This document shows positions 63,875 through 64,000 of a DNA stretch of 64,000 nt, piece by piece; position 1 is the first letter of the stretch, and each line of letters opens with the position of its first letter. The stretch comes from Isurus oxyrinchus (taxonomy: Eukaryota). Position numbers and translations under genes: made by a program. The notes below the pieces were generated by a model. It was not told the DNA's origin and did not search any database. It was given only the letters and a program-made list of their open reading frames with translations. The stretch covers positions 103,106,001 to 103,170,000 of the forward strand of contig JANJGN010000007.1 in NCBI GenBank assembly GCA_026770705.1. The letters run 5' to 3'.

Positions 63875-64000
63875 AAAGCATGGCAATAATCATAGGTGAT
63901 TTTAATATGCATATAGACTGGACTAATCAAATTAGCAAGGGTAGTCTCAAGGGAGAGTTCATAGAGCGCATTAGAGATTGTTTCTTGGAGCAATATGTTG
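63875..64000 (+). mobile_element. CR1 APE fragment running off the window
   Basis: ggcaataatcataggtgattttaatatgcatatagactgg; near-identical to 32425-32545. Confidence 0.8.

Overview
Eukaryotic, repeat-rich vertebrate DNA. The repeat families are typical of a cartilaginous fish (shark); the species cannot be fixed from this window. The only host coding sequence I can support is two minus-strand exons of VAC14 (PIKfyve/FIG4 scaffold): 11235-11409 (175 nt) and 9113-9231 (119 nt). The second exon is followed by a minor-spliceosome (U12-type) donor, GTATCCTTTT. The rest appears to be VAC14 intron, with more than 52 kb upstream and more than 9 kb downstream and no further exon recognised. It is filled with degenerate CR1 LINEs, a second jockey/CR1-group LINE and a SINE sharing its tail, L2 fragments, Deu-domain SINEs, solo LTRs, an RTE fragment, MITEs and many Penelope-like element (PLE) pieces. 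The most unusual material involves the PLEs. Their terminal repeats carry minimal type-I hammerhead ribozyme motifs, and the youngest subfamily has a recurrent non-canonical core, CUGUYGA. They insert as short head-to-head palindromes with 10-15 bp target-site duplications. One insertion (40255-41201) carries a 406-bp inverted copy of neighbouring host DNA inside its TSD, with the symmetry axis on the insertion junction. Repeat boundaries were read by eye and are approximate unless a TSD is quoted.
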